Shown piece after piece: positions 48,451 to 52,667 of a stretch of 52,667 bases of DNA. The notes beneath the pieces were generated by a model. That model was not told the DNA's origin and made no database searches. It was given only the letters and a program-made list of their open reading frames with translations. The position numbers were made by a program, and so were the translations under genes. The DNA lies in the NCBI GenBank assembly GCA_044222065.1, contig JBGAOA010000031.1:1-52667 (forward strand), in the 5' to 3' direction. Each line of letters begins with the position of its first letter. The first letter of the stretch is position 1. Origin of the DNA: Candidatus Eiseniibacteriota bacterium (GTDB lineage Bacteria; Eisenbacteria; RBG-16-71-46).

Positions 48451-51243
48451 ATGCGCCGACACCTTGCCTTCCCCCTGGCAGTGCTCGCGTGCGCCCTCGC
48501 CGGCGCCGCCGCTCCCGCCCACGCTCAGTTCCTGCGCGACGTCTTCTCGAAGGACGGCACCGACGTGATCGCCGTCGGCGACTCCGGCACGGTGATGCGC
48601 TCCGTGGACTCCGGCGTCAGCTGGCTCCAGACCAAGGTCGGCGCGAAGCCGCTGCGCGCGGTCGTCGCGCGCGGGCTCACCGTGATCGCCGGCGGCGACA
48701 GCGGAAAGGTCTGGCGCAGCACCGACAGCGGCTTCTCGTGGGCGCTCGCGGTGCTGCCCGGCACGCCGACCGTGCGCTCGATCGCGTGGCCCGCGGACGC
48801 CGCGGCGTGGCTCGTCGGCGACGGCGGCGCCGTGTACTTCTCGGCCGACGGCGGCGCGAGCTGGTCGCCCCAGTCGAGCGGCACCTCGAATGCGCTCAAC
48901 CGCGTGCGCTTCAAGGACGCGAACGAAGGCTGGATGGTCGGCAACGGCGGCTTCGCGGCGCACACGACGAACGGCGGCGTGAGCTGGACGCCGAGCACCG
49001 TCGGCACGGCGAACCATCTGCTCTCGGTGGACTTCGCGGGCTCGGCCGTTTGGGCGGTCGGCGCGAACGGCTGCGCCTACTCGAGCGCGACCGGCGGCGC
49101 GAGCTGGACGCCGCGCAACCTGCGGCTCGATGCCGCCTCGGCCGTGAACGACGTGCAGGTCGCGAGCCTCGACACGATCACGATCGCCGGCGGCGGCGGC
49201 TTCATCCGCAAGAGCACCGACGGCGGCATCTCGTGGACGTTCCAGCGTTCGACGTACCAGTCGCCGGTCGCGTCGCTGTTCCTTCGCGCGGGCAAGGGCT
49301 GGATGTGCGGCCCGGCCACGAAGGCCGTGTTGCGCACGAACGACGGCGGCGCGAACTGGCTGCTGCCGGCGGGCAACGTCCAGACGCGCAACTGGGTGAC
49401 GAAGCTCTCGGTCGTCACGTCGGTGCGCGGCGCGACGCTCGCGCTCAATCCGAAGGATCACAAGACGCTCTACTGCATGATGGGCGCGACGCTTTACCGC
49501 AGCCGCGACGACGGCGAGACGTGGAGCACGGTCGGCTCGGTGCCCGGCGTCACGAAGACGAACGCGTTCGTGATCTCGCCCAAGGACACGAACCTCATGG
49601 TCGCGGCCGTCGGCACGCCCGACCGCATCGTGCGCTCGGACAACGGTGGCGTCACCTGGAACGACCAGTTCGCGAAGGAATTCGGCGAGTACGGCATCCC
49701 GCTCGAGATGCACCCGGACAAGCCCGACACGCTCTACTTCGGGCCCGACGCCGACGTGCTCTACCGCTCGATCGACTTCGGAAAGACGTGGGCGCCGTAC
49801 TCGGCCACGATCTTCCGCAGCCCGTGCGACATCATCGCCGTGCCCGAGAGCGACAGCGGCGTCGTGATCGTCGGCGACGGCATCACGTCGAGCGGCATCG
49901 GCGAGATCCTGCGCTCGAACGACCAGGGCGTGAACTACGTGAAGACGTTCTCGCCCACGTCGCCGCCGTCGCAGGGCTCCGAGATCCCCGGCATGTCCAT
50001 CTCGCGGCTCCGCACGTCGTCCGTGTACGCGACCGCGTGGTCGTCGGGCACGTTCAAGCGCAGCGTCAACAACGGCCTCTCGTGGAGCACGAGCTACAAC
50101 ATCACGTCGTCGTGGGGCACCGACGTCGCGAAGGACGATCCGGACTGCGTGATCTTCGGTACCTACAGCTTCGGCAACTGCCTGCTGTCGTTCGACGGCG
50201 GCGCGACGCACACGGCGACCGCCGCGCTCGCCGGCTCGAACTACTCGTTCTACGCGCGCGACCGCGCGCTCATGCTCGCCGAGCAGAGCGGCGGCATCCA
50301 GAAGCTCGTCGTGAGCGACGCGTTCACGGTGAACCAGGCCGGCAGCGTCGCCGTCACGGCGCCGAACGGCGGCGAGGTGTGGGACGCCGGGTCCGTGAGA
50401 AGCGTGACGTGGACCGCGACGCGCGTCCCGCTCGTGAAGATCGAGTGGCGATCCAGCGGCAGCGGCACGTGGCAGACCGTGGCACTCGTGGACGGCTACC
50501 TCGGCGCCTACGACTGGACGGTGCCGAACGTCGCGACGACCGACGCGCACCTGCGCGTGAGCGACGCGTGGGACGCCTCGCCGATCGACGAGGGCAACGC
50601 CGCGTTCACGATCCGCACGCCGGGCCTGCTCGCGGGTCCCGATCCACTCGACCTCGGCACGATCGAGATCAACACGGTCGCAAACGACACGCTGCACATC
50701 GAGAACACGGGACTCGCTCCGCTCACGATCATCGCGGTGACGAGCGACGACGCGACGTTCTGGCCCGGCCGCACGAGCCTGACGCTCGCACCCGGCGCCT
50801 CCGACACGATCGGCGTGTTCTACGGGCCGACGACCGTCGGCGCGGACACGGCGCACTTCACGATCGTCTCGAACGACCCGCTGTCGCCGAAGATCGTGCT
50901 CGTCACGGGCACGGCGCAGAACCTCGTCGGCGTGGGCGAGGGCGGCGCGCTCGCGTTCGCGCTCGGCTCGCCGCGGCCGAACCCGTTCAGCACTTCGACG
51001 ACGCTGCGCTTCACGCTGCCGACGCGCGAACGCGTCGAGCTCGACGTGTACGACGTGACCGGCCACCGCGTCGCGACGCTCGCGCGCGGCGAGTACGGGC
51101 CGGGTGTGCACGACGTGTCGTTCGGCGCCGGCGCGCGCGACAGCGAGGGCCGGCTGCTCGGACAACTGTCGTCGGGCGTGTACTTCTACAGGCTCGAGGC
51201 CGGCCGATTCACGGCGACGAAGAAGGTCCTGCTGGTGCGGTAA
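48451..51243 (+). CDS. Secreted YCF48/BNR (Asp-box) propeller protein with Ig-like domains and T9SS-tail/FlgD-like CTD
   Basis: Many SxDxGxSW repeats; APNGGEVW; PNPFSTSTTLRFTLP...YDVTG...SGVYFYRL. Confidence 0.88.
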   Translation: MRRHLAFPLAVLACALAGAAAPAHAQFLRDVFSKDGTDVIAVGDSGTVMRSVDSGVSWLQTKVGAKPLRAVVARGLTVIAGGDSGKVWRSTDSGFSWALAVLPGTPTVRSIAWPADAAAWLVGDGGAVYFSADGGASWSPQSSGTSNALNRVRFKDANEGWMVGNGGFAAHTTNGGVSWTPSTVGTANHLLSVDFAGSAVWAVGANGCAYSSATGGASWTPRNLRLDAASAVNDVQVASLDTITIAGGGGFIRKSTDGGISWTFQRSTYQSPVASLFLRAGKGWMCGPATKAVLRTNDGGANWLLPAGNVQTRNWVTKLSVVTSVRGATLALNPKDHKTLYCMMGATLYRSRDDGETWSTVGSVPGVTKTNAFVISPKDTNLMVAAVGTPDRIVRSDNGGVTWNDQFAKEFGEYGIPLEMHPDKPDTLYFGPDADVLYRSIDFGKTWAPYSATIFRSPCDIIAVPESDSGVVIVGDGITSSGIGEILRSNDQGVNYVKTFSPTSPPSQGSEIPGMSISRLRTSSVYATAWSSGTFKRSVNNGLSWSTSYNITSSWGTDVAKDDPDCVIFGTYSFGNCLLSFDGGATHTATAALAGSNYSFYARDRALMLAEQSGGIQKLVVSDAFTVNQAGSVAVTAPNGGEVWDAGSVRSVTWTATRVPLVKIEWRSSGSGTWQTVALVDGYLGAYDWTVPNVATTDAHLRVSDAWDASPIDEGNAAFTIRTPGLLAGPDPLDLGTIEINTVANDTLHIENTGLAPLTIIAVTSDDATFWPGRTSLTLAPGASDTIGVFYGPTTVGADTAHFTIVSNDPLSPKIVLVTGTAQNLVGVGEGGALAFALGSPRPNPFSTSTTLRFTLPTRERVELDVYDVTGHRVATLARGEYGPGVHDVSFGAGARDSEGRLLGQLSSGVYFYRLEAGRFTATKKVLLVR

Positions 51244-51268
51244 CGCTCGCCCGGCAGCGAGCAGCGAT

Positions 51269-51302
51269 GCGAACGGCCGCTCCGCGTGGGGCGGCCGTTC
51301 GT
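51269..51302. terminator. Hairpin terminator between convergent genes
   Basis: gcgaacggccgctcc/ggggcggccgttcgt stem. Confidence 0.55.
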
Positions 51303-51334
51303 GCGCGAGCGCGGTTCACCCGACGAGCGCCCGT

Positions 51335-52667
51335 CTACCGCGTCACGACTCCGCGCGTGAGCGCGTGGCGCTCGCCCTGCTCGAGGCGCAGCCAGTACAC
51401 GCCCGGCGCGACGCTCGACTCGCTCAGGCGCACGAGGTGGCGGCCCGCTCCGAGGCCGTCGAGATCGCGCGAGACGACGCGGCGCCCGCCCACGTCCAGC
51501 AGCTCGAGCCGCGCTCTCTCCGCGCTCGCGAGCGTGAACGACACCCACAGCGGACCGCTCGCCGGATTCGGCAGCAGGCCTTCGAGCGCGAGCGCGAACT
51601 TGGCCGGCACGTCCACCCACGTCTCATCACTCACGCGCGAGGCGCCGTCCTCCCGATAGGCGAGCCGGTAGGCGTAGCGCGCCCCGGGCGTCACCGTCTC
51701 GTCGCGGAACCGCAGCCGGTCCGCTCCGCGAGCGCGAACTTGGCCGGCACGTCCACCCACGTCTCATCACTCACGCGCGAGGCGCCGTCCTCCCGATAGG
51801 CGAGCCGGTAGGCGTAGCGCGCCCCGGGCGTCACCGTCTCGTCGCGGAACCGCAGCCGGTCCGCTCCGTCGGCCTGCGCTGCGCCGAGCGCCGTCCACGC
51901 GCTCGTCGCCTCGCGCCGCTCGACACGGGCCTCGAGTGCGCCAGCACCCGCGCCGCTCCACACCAGCGCCACCGCGTGCGGCCCGGCGCTGGCGCTCGCG
52001 AGTGAGATCTGCACCGCCACCACGCCGCCCGGCGAAGTGGCGCTTCAGGAACACGCCGTAGCGCGAGCGGCGGATCCTGCTCCGGCCGCTCACGATCACC
52101 GCCCGCGTCGTCCGGGATCACGCGGATGTGCGTCATCTGGACGATGTCGTCGCGGATCAGTTCTCCGAGTGGATCCACCCCGGCGAGGTCGTGCCGTCGG
52201 GCGCGACGCGCTTGATCAGCCCGAGATTGCGCGGCCCGATGTACGGCCTCACGTCAGGTACATCCCGCCCGTGCCGTCGAGCGCGAACTGTGTGGCCTCG
52301 TTCGCGTTCAGCGGATCGCTCATCAGCGATATACATTCGAGTCGGCCAGAGCGAAGTATCCCCGAGGCAACACGCGCGCCGCGACCTGGCTGCCAGGCCA
52401 CGTCATGACCAGTCGATACCCATTGCGGTACTCCGCCATAAGGTCAGAGTGGCGAACAACCCGTAGGCGAACGCGAGTCCGAGCGCAGCAGCACGCCGTC
52501 TTCCCAGCCCGCGGGGATCGTGCCGTCGCCGCTCACGCGGAACAGCCGGTAGTCACCGTCGCCGCCGTTGGGGAATAGCGTGGCCGACACGCCGGGCAGG
52601 TACACGCCGCCCGCGCCGTCGCCGAACATCTGGTAGCTGACGAAGTAGCCGGGGAGCAGCACGCCCG
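51335..52667 (-). pseudogene. 3' part of a secreted CTD-bearing protein, disrupted by a duplication and frameshifts
   Basis: C-terminal LPNP...DVGGRRV...PGVYWLRL; upstream fragments GDGAGGVYL and IPDDAGG lie in different frames. Confidence 0.6.
51587..51868. repeat. Perfect 140-bp tandem duplication
   Basis: 51587-51728 is identical to 51727-51868. Confidence 0.95.

Overview
Very GC-rich bacterial chromosomal segment of about 45 genes. I found no rRNA, tRNA, CRISPR array or transposase. Eight secreted proteins end in an FlgD-Ig/T9SS-tail-like C-terminal domain, which suggests an FCB-group lineage such as Candidatus Eisenbacteria (inference only). Recognisable content: EmrAB-type efflux, LhgO, a TolC-MFP-RND-(PII-like)-DUF2892-rhodanese operon divergent from a Cys-rich ECF sigma/zf-HC2 fusion, a TIR-HAD fusion, a Tat/GatC-like protein plus amidase, HtrA, TMEM175, PilT followed by a DUF4388-fused degenerate PilT, a fused aconitase-family enzyme, an M13 peptidase, two cupredoxin-CTD proteins, a TMTC-like protein, DUF2971, YceI, a Zn-peptidase/ATP-grasp pair, a DAACS symporter, and a PQQ-dehydrogenase/HzsA-like/BNR-propeller operon. 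The strongest non-coding signals are (i) two ~125-130 bp intergenic palindromic elements with unrelated outer arms but a shared core of four tandem GA/GA pairs and five compensatory base-pair changes, and (ii) a small terminated unit with a 15-nt complement of the 16S rRNA 3' end in front of a 14-codon ORF. Clustered frameshifts (about 15.2-15.9 kb, 36.7-36.8 kb and beyond 51.5 kb) look like sequencing or assembly errors. All family calls come from motif recognition by eye, not database searches.
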